Origin: Macrostomum lignano
Lineage: Eukaryota
DNA length: 64,000 bases
Assembly: GCA_002269645.1 (NCBI GenBank)
Contig: NIVC01003300.1
Coordinates: 1 to 64,000 of the forward strand
Reading direction: 5' to 3'
This document shows, piece after piece, positions 63,260-64,000 of the stretch. Under the pieces are notes generated by a model. It had not been told where the DNA came from, searched no databases, and was given only the letters and a program-made list of their open reading frames with translations. Position numbers and translations under genes: made by a program. Within the stretch, counting starts at the first letter, position 1; the number at the start of each line of letters is the position of its first letter.

Positions 63260-64000
63260 CTACTTTACTACTGAGAGTAACACAACTAGCAATCTCGACG
63301 AATTACGAGTTTACGGTGTCTGAGGACCCATTCTGAACGACTCGGGCCGCTACTAGACCGCTCGACTGCGATTACGACCACCCTCCCCCCGGAATTGAGG
63401 ACCCGGCAGACGAAGTAACCAAGGAGAAGAATCAGCGCATCAATTCGTGCATTTTCCGGCTTTATTCGTGCTTCTACAACGCCGGCGGCAATTCAAACGA
63501 GGAATCCGCCCCACCTCACTGGGTCGTTCTCAAAGCTAGGTCACAACTTTTTGTTATTGCAAAAAAAGTTTATACATCGACCAATAATCGTACAAAAAAA
63601 ATTCTTTTGACAATTTCTGTAAGAAGCTGCTACTAAAACCACAAGAAAACTTGAAATTAAGAAGAAATCAAGGCTATTTGTTATTCTTTGTTGCGGAAAA
63701 TAAACGACAAAAATATTAAAGAGAAAATAAAATTTTCTTCCATTTTTATTTTAAATATGCAGTTAAATTTCTTTTGCAAAAATAAAAGAACAAGAAATTG
63801 ACAAAGGAAATGTTTTTGAGCACAGCATTTTGTTACTCTGCTCTAAATCCCAGACATTTAAAATTATCGTGTGCGAAAAAGTGCGAAATTATTATAGCAT
63901 GCACTCGAAAGAACTTCGATCAGTTTAACTAATCACTGAATTGAGAAGTCTAAATAAGTCTTGAAAGGTTGAATTAAAAATCAAGTTTTCACTATGTTTC

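Overview
Eukaryotic (animal) genomic DNA; there is no prokaryotic system or CRISPR array. GC-rich spliced genes sit among about 20 distinct micro/minisatellites, a style resembling a Macrostomum-type flatworm (inference, no search run). Genes: (1) a small family of two-exon secreted signal peptide+WSC+PAN/Apple genes with two intact copies, two decayed copies (one inverted) and a fragment (1.4-5.8 kb, 12.7-13.4 kb); (2) a CEP164 orthologue on the minus strand (21.2-29.5 kb); (3) a divergent six-exon p55/MPP-type MAGUK (43.8-48.8 kb). Mobile DNA: an LTR with a PPT on its left and a tRNA-Leu PBS on its right, two RTE-type LINE remnants, a nested DNA-transposon island (hAT-like, two mariners, two MITEs) and a head-to-tail pair of Helentron/Helitron-like elements (54.2-62.2 kb). 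The most striking signal is the 36.3-43.6 kb island. It is almost free of CpG, and its transposase relics carry one-directional C:G>T:A changes that include CpA>TpA, resembling fungal RIP in an animal genome. All counts and splice models were made by hand from the sequence.
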